A stretch of 60,910 nucleotides of DNA from a virus (lineage: Duplodnaviria > Caudoviricetes), in IMG/VR virus record IMGVR_UViG_3300042557_001137, positions 1-60,910 of that record; one strand, given 5' to 3'. Position numbers and translations under genes: made by a program. Shown here piece after piece: positions 1 through 9,811 of the stretch. The notes under the pieces were generated by a model. It made no database searches, was not told the origin of the DNA, and saw only the letters and a program-made list of their open reading frames with translations. How positions within the stretch are numbered: position 1 is the stretch's first letter; each line of letters opens with the position of its first letter.

Positions 1-305
1 GTTATGCGCGTTATCGGTATGCGGAATATGTCGCAAAGGCCGCGCTTGCGGAGCCGGAGCACATCCACACCTGCGGCCCCGACTGCCAGAAGCCCCTGTG
101 CGTAAACAGGCGGCGCGAGATTGCGGAAGCGGTTGAGGCCGAGCGGGAGGCGTGTAAACAAATCGCAAAAGAGCAGGCCGCGCAGTACAAAGTGGGCGGC
201 GCATTGCAGATGGTGATGGAGAAGTATTCTGCTCAGGCTGCTGCGTCTGCTTGCGGGCACATCGCGCATCTTATTGAGCAGAGAGGGGGAGCAAATGACA
301 GATGA
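1..305 (+). CDS. 5'-truncated small phage protein (HIHTC..C..PLC and AEREAC motifs)
   Basis: Open frame from nt 3 to TGA 303-305, translated by hand (..EPEHIHTCGPDCQKPLCV..AVEAEREACKQIA..); not in the ORF track because the start lies outside the window. Confidence 0.65.
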   Translation, partial: YARYRYAEYVAKAALAEPEHIHTCGPDCQKPLCVNRRREIAEAVEAEREACKQIAKEQAAQYKVGGALQMVMEKYSAQAAASACGHIAHLIEQRGGANDR

Positions 306-537
306 GCTCAGCTACGGCGCCGTTCAAGATCGCCGTCATTTGTCGACGTTACGAGAAGCTGTAGAACGAGCAGACCTGCTAGCTGATAACCAAGCTAGGT
401 TGATCGATATGCAATCTAAGCACATTGAACTTCAAAGCCAAGTTATAACCGACCTACAATTTCGTATCCAAAAAGCAACAAGCGAAATCGAAGAACTAAA
501 AGCCGCCCTTAATGTTCCTTGGCAAGTAGAGTTCTGA
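295..537 (+). CDS. hypothetical coiled-coil protein
   Basis: ORF 274..537; ATG at 295 preceded by GGGGAG; heptad-rich sequence. Confidence 0.65.
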   Translation: MTDELSYGAVQDRRHLSTLREAVERADLLADNQARLIDMQSKHIELQSQVITDLQFRIQKATSEIEELKAALNVPWQVEF

Positions 538-539
538 TC

Positions 540-1049
540 ATGACTATTGAACTGGATCCCTGGGACAAAGACTTTTTGTCTCGTTCCCACAGCAACGAAG
601 AGTATCAACGCGAAATCAAGTCTTTGCTTGAGCGCGCGGCAGAGTACTGCAGCCGCATTCAACAGTTAGAATCCCAAGTCAAAACGGAGGCTGTAGTGCC
701 AGTTGGAGACGTAAACAGCGATTCAAAAGGAAGCGGCGCCCGTTTCAACGACGGGAAAGCGTCATTTGAGCTGATCCCGCTGTGCACCTTGGAAGACGAA
801 GCTCGGGTATGGGCCCACGGTCAACGTAAGTATGCTTCTTGGAATTGGGCAAAGGGCATGGCATGGTCAGTGCCCTTTGCTTGCGCAATGCGGCACCTGG
901 CTGCCTGGCAACGCGGCGAAGAGCTCGACCCCGAGTCCGGGCTGCCGCACCTGGCCCACGCAATGTGCAACCTCCGGATGCTGACACTGTACTCAAAAAC
1001 GTTTCCGGAAGGCGACGATCGTCCTACTAAATGGATGCCAAAACCCTAA
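540..1049 (+). CDS. dATP/dGTP diphosphohydrolase domain protein (DUF5664-like)
   Basis: Motifs GARFNDGK..ELIP, KYASWNW, AMRHLAAWQRGEELDPESGLPHLAHAMCN typical of this family; likely start ATG 540. Confidence 0.85.
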   Translation: MTIELDPWDKDFLSRSHSNEEYQREIKSLLERAAEYCSRIQQLESQVKTEAVVPVGDVNSDSKGSGARFNDGKASFELIPLCTLEDEARVWAHGQRKYASWNWAKGMAWSVPFACAMRHLAAWQRGEELDPESGLPHLAHAMCNLRMLTLYSKTFPEGDDRPTKWMPKP

Positions 1050-1052
1050 CCC

Positions 1053-1250
1053 ATGCCTGAATACTACGCTGTTTACAGTCTTGTTCAACTGATTTCCCAA
1101 TTATTAGTAGTAGTCTTTTTGACTGCCATCATCTATAGTCTTCTTTCATTAGCGTTCAAGTGCTACATGGATTGGAAGCACCCGCCACCTATCCCTCCAC
1201 GAAAACGCAAACGTAGATTTTCCGACCCTATACAGGACGAACACCAATGA
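1053..1250 (+). CDS. small membrane protein
   Basis: Hydrophobic N-terminal segment followed by a basic tail; packed in operon. Confidence 0.55.
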   Translation: MPEYYAVYSLVQLISQLLVVVFLTAIIYSLLSLAFKCYMDWKHPPPIPPRKRKRRFSDPIQDEHQ

Positions 1251-1582
1251 AGATCTTTATGGCGTTGCTGATCAGTTTGCTGCCCGTTGCGGCATCAACC
1301 CAACAACTGCCTACTACCATCGGAACCATTCCAGCTAAGCTCGATGCTACGTTGGTGTTCACAAGCCTTCAATCCGAAACTTGCCAGCTAGGTGAATTCC
1401 TCATGTACATCCTGGAAAGCACAGGACAAGTACGCATTTGGGGGTGTTACGTTCTAGACGGAAACCAGCTTTTGGTCCGCTACAACGACGGAGATTTTTA
1501 CATCTATCCTTTGGCGGCGCTGCAGCCTGGCGTTGAATGGCAACGGTATGCACAGGAACCAAACAGTGCACCGAAGCAGTGA
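1247..1582 (+). CDS. putative secreted/periplasmic protein
   Basis: N-terminal signal-peptide-like MKIFMALLISLLPVAAS; ATGA overlap with the upstream gene. Confidence 0.6.
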   Translation: MKIFMALLISLLPVAASTQQLPTTIGTIPAKLDATLVFTSLQSETCQLGEFLMYILESTGQVRIWGCYVLDGNQLLVRYNDGDFYIYPLAALQPGVEWQRYAQEPNSAPKQ

Positions 1583-1642
1583 ATACTTGATCAACTACGT
1601 TTCGAGTCACCGTCGGTTCAGTTTTTTCTAACAGGAGCGTTT

Positions 1643-1897
1643 ATGTCATCTCTGACTTTTGTCGAGCAGATCAACCGCGATCGTACCACTGTCAACCTGC
1701 TTGATATGGTGATCTCTGCAATCGAGCGCGGGGCTTTGAATTCCGAAGACCCTAAGCCTTTCTTTTACGAGTATGAGGAGAAAGACTTTGAAATCTTCAT
1801 GGACGGTCTTTCGGTCAAGGCCCGGCAACAGGCCACCGAAGAAGTCCGTCAAATCCTGGCGCTGATGGAGCGCCTCAACAAGCGCCGTACTAACTGA
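1643..1897 (+). CDS. hypothetical protein
   Basis: AGGAG RBS upstream; last gene before the convergent hairpin. Confidence 0.7.
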   Translation: MSSLTFVEQINRDRTTVNLLDMVISAIERGALNSEDPKPFFYEYEEKDFEIFMDGLSVKARQQATEEVRQILALMERLNKRRTN

Positions 1898-1899
1898 CC

Positions 1900-1934
1900 A
1901 AAAGGGGTGGAGGACTTCACAGTCCTTCACCCCC
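1900..1934 (-). terminator. intrinsic terminator between convergent transcription units
   Basis: Stem GGGGTGGAGGACT/AGTCCTTCACCCC with 4-nt loop and an adjacent A-run; located where plus and minus operons meet. Confidence 0.7.
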
Positions 1935-2493
1935 ATTGTTCCGCCATCGCGTCGGCGATCCCCAAAAAAGTCTTGTTACGCCGCCGTTTGCTGTTGCTGT
2001 ACCACTTGGGCAAGCGCTTGCCGCTGGGCGAAACGTAAAAATCTCCTTTGCTCACAATGCTTGTGGGTTTCAACAAAGGCAGACCTTTAAGCCACAAGCA
2101 CGTAGATTTTTGGTACGGATCGCCAAACTGCCAAGGTTGAATGATCTGGTCTGGCTTGCGCCATTCGGTCGACATGACCCCAATAGGGTTTTCAATCGCT
2201 ACCTTTGGCGCCGCTGCAGTTGCAAACAGCATGAAAAAATCGATGGCGGCTTGTTGCCGACCATCACTACGTTTGGCTTTGAAATGCTTTGCGCCGCTTG
2301 AAGCAAGGTGAGTGCAGGGCGGAAAAGCTATGATCAGATCCCAAGCCTGATCGATCAACGGCCGCACATCTCCTTCATGGTGCGGTCCAGGCTTTTCACT
2401 AGGTAATATGTCGCAAGACACTGCCTGATGCCCACGTTCAATGAACGCGTCACGCACTCGTCCTGAATACTCACACGCCACCAGTACTTTCAT
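1927..2493 (-). CDS. short phage-type C5 cytosine DNA methyltransferase
   Basis: MKVLVACEYSG motif I-like start, AFPPCTHL catalytic PC motif, IENP motif. Confidence 0.8.
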   Translation of the reverse strand: MKVLVACEYSGRVRDAFIERGHQAVSCDILPSEKPGPHHEGDVRPLIDQAWDLIIAFPPCTHLASSGAKHFKAKRSDGRQQAAIDFFMLFATAAAPKVAIENPIGVMSTEWRKPDQIIQPWQFGDPYQKSTCLWLKGLPLLKPTSIVSKGDFYVSPSGKRLPKWYSNSKRRRNKTFLGIADAMAEQWG

Positions 2494-2845
2494 CAGAGTC
2501 CTTCTTTGGTTTTGGAAACTTTGCTTTTACAGCAAGGATCTCTTTGCGCATCTCTTCTTGAAACGCGCCGCCTTTCCACAAAGCATCAAGCTGATCTTCG
2601 ATCGGCGGATAATGCTGTTTACGGAGATCAGCGTACGTGTCCGCTGCGTCGCCGTCAATCACTTGATGGACTATGCCGTTTTTCAGTTCATAACGGACCG
2701 ATTGCTTAGACGGGTTGTACTTGGCTATAGCTTCGTTATCTGCCAACTTGCAAGGCAACCACGAGCTGCTGGTGTCTCCTGGCTCAGACTGCGGTGAAGA
2801 CTCAGCGCCAAGTTCCCCCCACTTAATGTACATAAAAGGCTTCAT
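2471..2845 (-). CDS. tail fibre assembly-like protein
   Basis: C-terminal R..YPPIEDQLDALW..I.AVKAKFPKP motif common downstream of phage tail fibres. Confidence 0.6.
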   Translation of the reverse strand: MKPFMYIKWGELGAESSPQSEPGDTSSSWLPCKLADNEAIAKYNPSKQSVRYELKNGIVHQVIDGDAADTYADLRKQHYPPIEDQLDALWKGGAFQEEMRKEILAVKAKFPKPKKDSDESTGGV

Positions 2846-5157
2846 CGGATCCCCATAGCCAACAAGTCTACTCGTTTGATGGACACGCGGTTTGCGATCT
2901 GTGCTTTAAGTCTTACTTGATAAGAGCGGCCAAGCGTTGTCTGGCTTTCAGGCGCAAACAACGACACTCCTATCATGTCGTTTGCGTCGTAAAACGTGCT
3001 CGCCAGCAACGTGTAGTTTCCAACTACGCCATTGCCAAGCGTTGCACGCGTACGAGTGTATGTCGAACCGAGTGGGTCGCTTCCGTTTTCTACAAAAATG
3101 TGCGTTTGAAATCCATTGTAATAGACAGATGCGACAGGTCCTGAAGTTGACGTGTCAGCAGTAATAGTATCGCCTACTTGAACGTCTCCAGGAGCGCCAT
3201 CGTAAATTAGCCGCCAACCTATCTGATATTGCGTTCCCGTTAGCCAGTCGTATTCGTACCAATAAAGCTGATGAGTTGGTGCTCCTAAAGACAACGGCGG
3301 CACAGACTGACCAGTGCCAACTGGCGCCGACCAAAGCTCGACGTACACAAGAGTGACCCCGTACGCCTGATCCTGGACATTGATCTGCACGTAAGGCTTG
3401 TGGCCTTCGGGGTGGGTCGAAGCGGGCAACTGCGTCGTCAAAATTGTCGTAGAAGAAGTCGGCAAAGTCCCAGACCCAACTGCAAATCCAGTCATAAACC
3501 TAGTGATGTCGCCGGTCAGCTTGTTGACCGAAAGCGAATTGATTTTGGCGCCATCAATCGCGGCATTTGCAGCAATCAAGTTGTTACTAATAGACAGATC
3601 CTTGATACGCAACACGTTGCGCCCAAGTGCCGGGTTCCATACCGTGTCTAAAGTAACGCCATCAATTGACACCCGGGCTGCATCGAGCGAACCCGCATTG
3701 ATCTTGTCAGCGCTTAGATTGGCTATCTTAGCGTCATCTATCGCTGCATTGCCAATCTTTACATTGGTGATCGAACCATTTTGGATAAAAGCGTCTTTTA
3801 TATAAACGCCGACCGGAACCAATACGCCGTTGATAGTCTGCGGAGTAGTTATAACAATGAACGGAATGACATCAGCAGAGGGCGTATTCGTCAAGTTGTT
3901 TGCAGTAGACACTGGGTCTACGATCGCAAACTTGTCAGCACGAATGATAAACGCCGAAGTCGTAGCGCCGTTGTTTGTTTCAGACGCAAGACCAAACCCG
4001 GATACGTGCCCGTTGTTATCGATCTTTACGGTGTACTTAACCTGCAGCCCGTTGATGCTTGACGTGTTTGTTTGAATCGACGCAGTGTTGTTATCTACCG
4101 AAGTAGACAACGTATCTATCCTGCTGGCTGAAGCTGTTCCGTTCGGAAACACTTCCGTGTTCAGTACTGTCAACGCACTGGCGCTAGCAGCAACGCCAGT
4201 AGTAGGATTGTTGACCGTACTTTCTAGCGCAACAATAGCTTGAGCTGCTGCAGAACTACTGCTGGCACTTATCGTATTGATCTCTGTAATCTTAGACCCG
4301 TTTTTGTTTACGATGTCTCCGAGATTTGTAAACGTACCAAGAAGCAGCCAAAACGTGGTATTGGTCGGCAAGTTACCAGTAGTAGTCGACTTGGCTTCGT
4401 ACATCGATCCGTTGTACGTGACAAGATCGCCTTTCTTGTAAGTAGTCGCAGCGTTATATGCGATAGCATTCGTAAGAGCATTGATGCGCCAAGCGACAGA
4501 GTTCGTAACAGACGCACTGGCATCAATCAGATTGATACGCGCTCCTAAATCCTGGTACAGCTGCGACTCAGTTATTGAGTTCGTCAGTACGGTCAATAGC
4601 GTTTGTACGTCAGACGCTGTCGTCGCCAAAGTACCGTTAGCCGAGTTGAACGGCCCTTGCACTGCATCTAGGTTTACGTGCCTGGCCCAGTAGTAGTAGC
4701 TTTTGCTCTGCCCGACAGGGTCCACAAACGAGATGCCAGAGCTGACTCCCACCAACTGGGCGTCACCAATCACGTTAGTAGTACCGCGCCAGATCTCAGT
4801 CAACGCATGGCCTGCGTAGTTGGGGTAGTCCCAAAACAACGAGATCAGCGAATACCCGCCGGTCGCAGTAAAACTCGTAGGAGCTGTAGGAGTAGGTCCA
4901 ACTGGATCAGGATCAGACGGAGACGACGTAGGCGGTCCGATGACGTACGGGTTGCCCCTAAGTTCTTCAGCAAGACCCGAGTCAAGCAACTCGCGCACCG
5001 TGATCGCGCGGTCGCGCGCGTCCCCGCGTCTTCCAAGACGAATCTCGACCGCTTCAGCAAGGCTTTCAAGATAACGCCGCATCGCCGGCGTAGCTTCAGC
5101 CGGCGGTTTAGGTATTCCTGGAACCTCAGTTGGCGTATTGGTGCGAGCTTTGGTCAC
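2842..5157 (-). CDS. tail fibre/tail tip protein (Fn3-like, CBM5/12-like and DUF1983-like segments)
   Basis: PTAPTSFTATGG..LFWD Fn3-like segment; YNAATTYKKGDLVTYNG CBM-like segment; YTVKIDNNGHVSGFGL..FIIRADKFAIV..VYIKDAFIQNGSITNVKIG DUF1983-like segment. Confidence 0.8.
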   Translation of the reverse strand: MTKARTNTPTEVPGIPKPPAEATPAMRRYLESLAEAVEIRLGRRGDARDRAITVRELLDSGLAEELRGNPYVIGPPTSSPSDPDPVGPTPTAPTSFTATGGYSLISLFWDYPNYAGHALTEIWRGTTNVIGDAQLVGVSSGISFVDPVGQSKSYYYWARHVNLDAVQGPFNSANGTLATTASDVQTLLTVLTNSITESQLYQDLGARINLIDASASVTNSVAWRINALTNAIAYNAATTYKKGDLVTYNGSMYEAKSTTTGNLPTNTTFWLLLGTFTNLGDIVNKNGSKITEINTISASSSSAAAQAIVALESTVNNPTTGVAASASALTVLNTEVFPNGTASASRIDTLSTSVDNNTASIQTNTSSINGLQVKYTVKIDNNGHVSGFGLASETNNGATTSAFIIRADKFAIVDPVSTANNLTNTPSADVIPFIVITTPQTINGVLVPVGVYIKDAFIQNGSITNVKIGNAAIDDAKIANLSADKINAGSLDAARVSIDGVTLDTVWNPALGRNVLRIKDLSISNNLIAANAAIDGAKINSLSVNKLTGDITRFMTGFAVGSGTLPTSSTTILTTQLPASTHPEGHKPYVQINVQDQAYGVTLVYVELWSAPVGTGQSVPPLSLGAPTHQLYWYEYDWLTGTQYQIGWRLIYDGAPGDVQVGDTITADTSTSGPVASVYYNGFQTHIFVENGSDPLGSTYTRTRATLGNGVVGNYTLLASTFYDANDMIGVSLFAPESQTTLGRSYQVRLKAQIANRVSIKRVDLLAMGIR

Positions 5158-6872
5158 GCCTGCATCACCTCATCCATGCTTTGGGCAAGACAAACTTCAT
5201 CGATATCAACTGCTCCAGCCACTTCAACCTCCCACACTGTAGCCAGTCGAGCAGGCAGCCGCATGATAGGTTCGCGCAACGTTCCAGTTGTCGCTCCAGC
5301 TGGCGCCGTCACCGTTTGAGTAAAAGTGTTGCCAGAAAACGACAAGTTGTAGTGAGAAAGCAACACCCCGTCTGCCCAGACTTTGACCTCAATCGGGTAT
5401 GCCTGAGCTTTGACACAGACCCAGCTCATGCTGAGCGGCCTGGGCATAACCAGCTGCTTTGACTTCCACGTCAAAGTCCGTTTGCTGGTACCGCCGCGAT
5501 ACCGACGGATCTTGTTGCCGACCACCAAGTACAGCTCCCCGTCTTTCGGGTTCATGTACCCGCCACGCACTTCGCCGCTGTTGGTCAAGGTCGAAATAGC
5601 GGCTTCTTGGGCCCTGGGATCGAACACAAACCCCTTGTGCACGACCCCTTCGCTCCAGAAAGCCACATAGGTGTTTTCATGGCGGAACGCTCTATAGGAT
5701 CCCGGAGAGAAGTTCTGAGACCACTGCTGGGCCGAAATCAGCCCTTCGGTGACAACGCGCCCTTCGCCACCGGTAACCGCGCAGAGCCCATCAGGGCCGG
5801 CGTACAGGAGGTACGACCCCATGTCCACGACGCTGTTGGCGTTGACACAGGCCTGAGCCAGGTCAACGCGGATAGCGGTCATGGCGCTGGGGTCGGTGCC
5901 GGTCACAAAGTACGGGGTGCCTGCGGTCAGTGCAATGATGCCGTTGCCCACCGCCCCGATCGCCACGATCTCCTCTTCAAGCGTAATCCGGTAATCGACC
6001 GGCCAGGCATGGGGGAGGAACGGTTCGCTCAAGCAGAGCCGCTTGCCGGTGAACCCGGCAAACACCCCGTTAGCCACGGCGATCAGCCCGCGTAGCGGCC
6101 CGTCCGGGTACAGGGTCGTGTTGTCGTCTGGGGGGCCTATCCAGCCTTCGGACGGCAGGATTTCGCCTAGGCCGTCCGACGGCGTAGTGTCAGCGTACGA
6201 ACCAGTAGCGATCGGTACCTGGGCCAAGAACTGGAACGCGCTGCTGTTTGAGCCGGTGTTCGAGCGGTAGATCCGCTTCACAGCCCCGGTGCCAAAGTTG
6301 TAGTTGCCGCTCGGGATGTCCCCCGCCGGCAAGGTAATGGTCACCGTTTCGGTGTCAGTCCGCTCGATGGCGGCGGTTGCCGGGCTCGGGGGGCCTTCTT
6401 CCCCGAAAGCTGTGACGAACGTGTAGACGTACGACACATCGTCCGGCGTCTGGTTTGGATTGGCCGTGCCAGACTTGGACACGCCTGGGGCGTTAGCAGG
6501 CGCCGGTACGCCTAGCCGGTAGCTGTTGGCCGGATACCCCGCTGCACCAGCTACGATCGTGCTGACCGTACCCATGCGGGGGTAGTTCTGACCGGTCCAA
6601 TAGAGCCGCGCCAACGTGTCACCGGGGATCGGGCCCGGGACAGCGCGCACGCCATCCTGGTCCCATTCCAGCCAGTTGGTATCACGGTAGAAGTAAATCG
6701 AGCGACGAAGCCCGTTCTGCAGTGTAAACGCGTCTACGTCGTTGGAAATCGGAGTCAATCGACCAGATTCAAAGTCGATGTTTTCGGCGACCTGTGCAAA
6801 CTGGTCACCAAGAAGACGCGGAGAGATACCTGGCGCTATACCGCTAAAACGCTCCAGCTTGAAATAAGACAC
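5154..6872 (-). CDS. tail nozzle/stabilisation protein
   Basis: FSGIAPGISPRLL start, YVYTFVTAFGEEGPPSP, SEPFLPHAWP motifs seen in podovirus tail proteins. Confidence 0.7.
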   Translation of the reverse strand: MSYFKLERFSGIAPGISPRLLGDQFAQVAENIDFESGRLTPISNDVDAFTLQNGLRRSIYFYRDTNWLEWDQDGVRAVPGPIPGDTLARLYWTGQNYPRMGTVSTIVAGAAGYPANSYRLGVPAPANAPGVSKSGTANPNQTPDDVSYVYTFVTAFGEEGPPSPATAAIERTDTETVTITLPAGDIPSGNYNFGTGAVKRIYRSNTGSNSSAFQFLAQVPIATGSYADTTPSDGLGEILPSEGWIGPPDDNTTLYPDGPLRGLIAVANGVFAGFTGKRLCLSEPFLPHAWPVDYRITLEEEIVAIGAVGNGIIALTAGTPYFVTGTDPSAMTAIRVDLAQACVNANSVVDMGSYLLYAGPDGLCAVTGGEGRVVTEGLISAQQWSQNFSPGSYRAFRHENTYVAFWSEGVVHKGFVFDPRAQEAAISTLTNSGEVRGGYMNPKDGELYLVVGNKIRRYRGGTSKRTLTWKSKQLVMPRPLSMSWVCVKAQAYPIEVKVWADGVLLSHYNLSFSGNTFTQTVTAPAGATTGTLREPIMRLPARLATVWEVEVAGAVDIDEVCLAQSMDEVMQA

Positions 6873-6879
6873 CGGTACC

Positions 6880-7149
6880 TCACTTGAGTTTGAAGATCAG
6901 AGTAGCAAGCAAACCTGCCATGCCGCATACCAGCGTAAACCCGATCAAAAGACCCCAATGGTTGATCTTTTCGATGCCTTTTTCGATGACCGATAGCCGT
7001 GCATCGATGTTCTTGGCTCGTTCCTCGCACACCGCTTCGTGGGTAGTCACCCGTGTGTTGGTGTCGGCGATCCTGCTTGAAAGCTCCCAGTACCGGCTTT
7101 CGGGTTGGCTGTTAGACGGCATGATGCTCGGCAGTTCAGTGGCGGCCAT
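6880..7149 (-). CDS. XhlA-like/holin-like small membrane protein
   Basis: HEAVCEER coiled coil plus a C-terminal transmembrane helix. Confidence 0.55.
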   Translation of the reverse strand: MAATELPSIMPSNSQPESRYWELSSRIADTNTRVTTHEAVCEERAKNIDARLSVIEKGIEKINHWGLLIGFTLVCGMAGLLATLIFKLK

Positions 7150-7162
7150 GTGTCGATCTCGG

Positions 7163-7456
7163 TCAAGGAGTAAACGGGAAAGTCGTACGCAACGGATCGC
7201 TAGTAGAACGAGTCACTCGCGGCGTAGGTATTCCGTATACCGCCATATCGCCAATGTCTAACAAAATCCCTCTGTCATTGGCATGATCATGCCCTATAGC
7301 GGTTGCAGCAGATACAAACGGGGCGTTTAGTTGCTCAGTACCCGGTCTAAAATAATTTGATGGATACGTTCCCGACAAAAAATTAAAGCCAAAGAAATCG
7401 ATTTCCGTCGCGTCGTCGCTGTACCTGGAAAACCTATCGACAGTGTAAGTAGGCAT
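7163..7456 (-). CDS. hypothetical virion-associated protein
   Basis: ORF in the tail cluster, co-oriented. Confidence 0.55.
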   Translation of the reverse strand: MPTYTVDRFSRYSDDATEIDFFGFNFLSGTYPSNYFRPGTEQLNAPFVSAATAIGHDHANDRGILLDIGDMAVYGIPTPRVTRSTSDPLRTTFPFTP

Positions 7457-7465
7457 GACGCTATA

Positions 7466-8434
7466 TCACACGCGAAGCAAAATGGGCTTTTGATCAGCAG
7501 AAGTTGCGCCTGAATGCGGCAAAACAACCGCACTATAAGTCACGCCACCCCAAACCCATTCAACGATGTCTCCAGTCAAAAAAGTTCCGCCAGAAATATT
7601 GTATAGGTCTTTCAAAAGCCCACGCATCCAATCAAAACGATTGTTGCTAGCACTACTTCTACCAGACACAACCGTGCGGTTCACAAACCGTTGGTTGGTG
7701 TACAAATTTAAACTACCGGTTTGAAAATTAGCAAAAGAAGGAATTGTAAAAGCGGAGTTATGCGAAGACGTACCAAGATATACTGCGCCAGTAGCAAAAT
7801 TGTGCGTGTTACCTGCTGTTTGCCCAGGTTCAGTCAACGCAAAACCTTGGACGTTATTATCAGCAACTGACTGATTAGGATTTCCTGCAAAACTGCCGGT
7901 AAACACAAACGGCAACGGGTCCAATGACAACGGCAAAATGCTGTCGAACAGGCCCATGTACCAAAGAAATTTAATGGTAGTATTGCCAACACTGTTAGCA
8001 GATGCGATGATCCGGTCATTGGTAACTGAGTAATAGTACGAGTCGCCAGTCGCCAATGTGATTGTACGGAATGCAATCTGCGTGCCGGTCGACGGCAGGG
8101 CTACAGCTCCTTGCGGGTTGTAACCAAGAGCGTCAGGGACAAGGATTGCGGTGTTTGGCAAGAATCTGGTAGCGCGCTTAGTAGTGGTGTTCCACTCTTT
8201 CATCGCGGTCCACGCCATCGTGGTCTGACCAGTGGTCAAATATCCGATGGCGATAAAGAACTCGTTGCCAGCGCTGTTATTAGCTGCCGGACTTCGAAGC
8301 ACATCCCAAGTATAGGTGCCTTCAACGTAGTCGTTTTCGACTACTACCCAACCGTTGAGCACTAGATCAGCCGACAAACGATCGACCAGATCTTTAGCTG
8401 GAGTGGAGTTCAGTGATCCTACTCGATAAGTCAT
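7466..8434 (-). CDS. putative tail/virion structural protein
   Basis: 322-aa beta-rich G/T/N-rich ORF in the tail cluster; visibly lower GC than flanks. Confidence 0.6.
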   Translation of the reverse strand: MTYRVGSLNSTPAKDLVDRLSADLVLNGWVVVENDYVEGTYTWDVLRSPAANNSAGNEFFIAIGYLTTGQTTMAWTAMKEWNTTTKRATRFLPNTAILVPDALGYNPQGAVALPSTGTQIAFRTITLATGDSYYYSVTNDRIIASANSVGNTTIKFLWYMGLFDSILPLSLDPLPFVFTGSFAGNPNQSVADNNVQGFALTEPGQTAGNTHNFATGAVYLGTSSHNSAFTIPSFANFQTGSLNLYTNQRFVNRTVVSGRSSASNNRFDWMRGLLKDLYNISGGTFLTGDIVEWVWGGVTYSAVVLPHSGATSADQKPILLRV

Positions 8435-9051
8435 GCAAATGCCTCCAGACGGAGAGAACTTAACGTAAACGTCCGCGCACTAGGGCTGCGGTTCCTGATC
8501 CCGATAAACATGCTAGGCGCCCCGGCCGATGACTCATAATACCACGGCGCGCTCATCAAATAAGCATTGGACATGATGTCCCCTGCCGCCAGCATGAGCT
8601 CGCCGCTGGAATTACCAAGACCCCGCACCTCAAGGTCAAAGTTACCAGCAGCGTCAACGGAAACGTTGAACAGCGAAACCAAACCACGAGTGCAGGTATT
8701 GGGCACCGTATAGTAGGTAAAAGCTGTCTGATTACCAGCAAGCGTTCCTAGGGCGATATTGCTGCGGGTGACTTTGCTTGTGCCGCCGCCACCACCCCCA
8801 ATAATGGGGATGTTGCCGCTGCCAAGCAGGCTTTCGCCGTTGATCGTTTTGATGCTGGCGCCGGAGACCAGTTTTGCCTGGTACAGATCTGGTGACAGCG
8901 CGTAAGGCAACGCGCTCCAAGCGGCTGCCCCGTTGCCAATCTTGAAGTACCTGGTATCTGTCTCGATACCGATCTCTCGCTCCGCGAGCACCGGATTGAC
9001 TGCAGCCCACGCCGCAGCCAGATCGCCACGGATCTGTATACGGACGCTCAT
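8431..9051 (-). CDS. tail fibre protein with major-tropism-determinant N-terminal-like domain
   Basis: IQIRGD.AAAWAAVNPVLAEREIGIETDT..FKIGNG..AW..LPY and IKTINGESLLGSGNI motifs. Confidence 0.8.
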   Translation of the reverse strand: MSVRIQIRGDLAAAWAAVNPVLAEREIGIETDTRYFKIGNGAAAWSALPYALSPDLYQAKLVSGASIKTINGESLLGSGNIPIIGGGGGGTSKVTRSNIALGTLAGNQTAFTYYTVPNTCTRGLVSLFNVSVDAAGNFDLEVRGLGNSSGELMLAAGDIMSNAYLMSAPWYYESSAGAPSMFIGIRNRSPSARTFTLSSLRLEAFA

Positions 9052-9323
9052 GCGTTACCCCCATCAATTGTAGTCAGCGATCCGTAGCCGGTATCGGCGT
9101 CTCCGCCGTCAAGGTTGCCGATCGCCCCTCCGCCGATTCCATCAGGGATTTGCAGCAGCGGGACCTTGCCACCGCCATCCAAGGACGCATATCCGTTGGC
9201 AACGCCTTTGTTCGCCGACGACTCTTTGGCAGCCAAGCCGTTGCTTAAGGCCTGGAAGTTATCGTCAACCTCGTCGTTGGTCAGCGGCGAGTTTTTTACC
9301 CGCCTCAGAGTCAACGTCGTCAC
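9048..9323 (-). CDS. small tail fibre-associated protein
   Basis: R..KNSPLTNDEVDDNF, KGVANGYASLDGGGKVP and terminal IDGGNA motifs. Confidence 0.7.
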   Translation of the reverse strand: MTTLTLRRVKNSPLTNDEVDDNFQALSNGLAAKESSANKGVANGYASLDGGGKVPLLQIPDGIGGGAIGNLDGGDADTGYGSLTTIDGGNA

Positions 9324-9811
9324 GGCGCGCCTCCAGGTGTGTCACCCTGAAGGGTGACGGTCCAAGCAATGCTGATCGAGTCGCTTGCCAGTTTGTTGAT
9401 AGGATCAAACACGGTCCGGCAAAGCATGTCGCCCCCTGTGGAAGCGTTGAAGACCCCGGCTTCTGCCAAAAGCCCGGTCGCGTCCCCGGCTTCAAAGGTG
9501 CAAGTGTACACGACTTTTTCACCGTTTGACCCGGCAATCACAGCCGAATCAATCGCCTCCCGGCTTCCAAGCTGCTGCATCAAAGAAGTGTCAGAAGCCG
9601 CTGGGGCTTGATTACTAGCCCCTAGGGCCATGAACCCCATCACGGGTTTAGCAACCCCCACCATACGGCTTATGACGAACGCGACCCCGGCGTTGACCAC
9701 CAGATTGCGTACGACTCGTGAGGCTTTGACCTGGCCGTCTTCGCTCCGCAACACAACCTCTAGGTCGCCTTTCAGCTTCAAACTGTCATGAATAGGCATG
9801 GCGTACCTCAA
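9320..9811 (-). CDS. tail/baseplate-type structural protein
   Basis: NLVVNAG, MALG, EAGVFNASTGGDMLCRTVF..INK..D.ISIAWTVT motifs. Confidence 0.7.
   Translation of the reverse strand: MRYAMPIHDSLKLKGDLEVVLRSEDGQVKASRVVRNLVVNAGVAFVISRMVGVAKPVMGFMALGASNQAPAASDTSLMQQLGSREAIDSAVIAGSNGEKVVYTCTFEAGDATGLLAEAGVFNASTGGDMLCRTVFDPINKLASDSISIAWTVTLQGDTPGGAP

Noticed and set aside
8431-9051. Diversity-generating retroelement suggested by the MTD-like N-terminus
   Set aside because: No reverse transcriptase and no template/variable repeat pair seen
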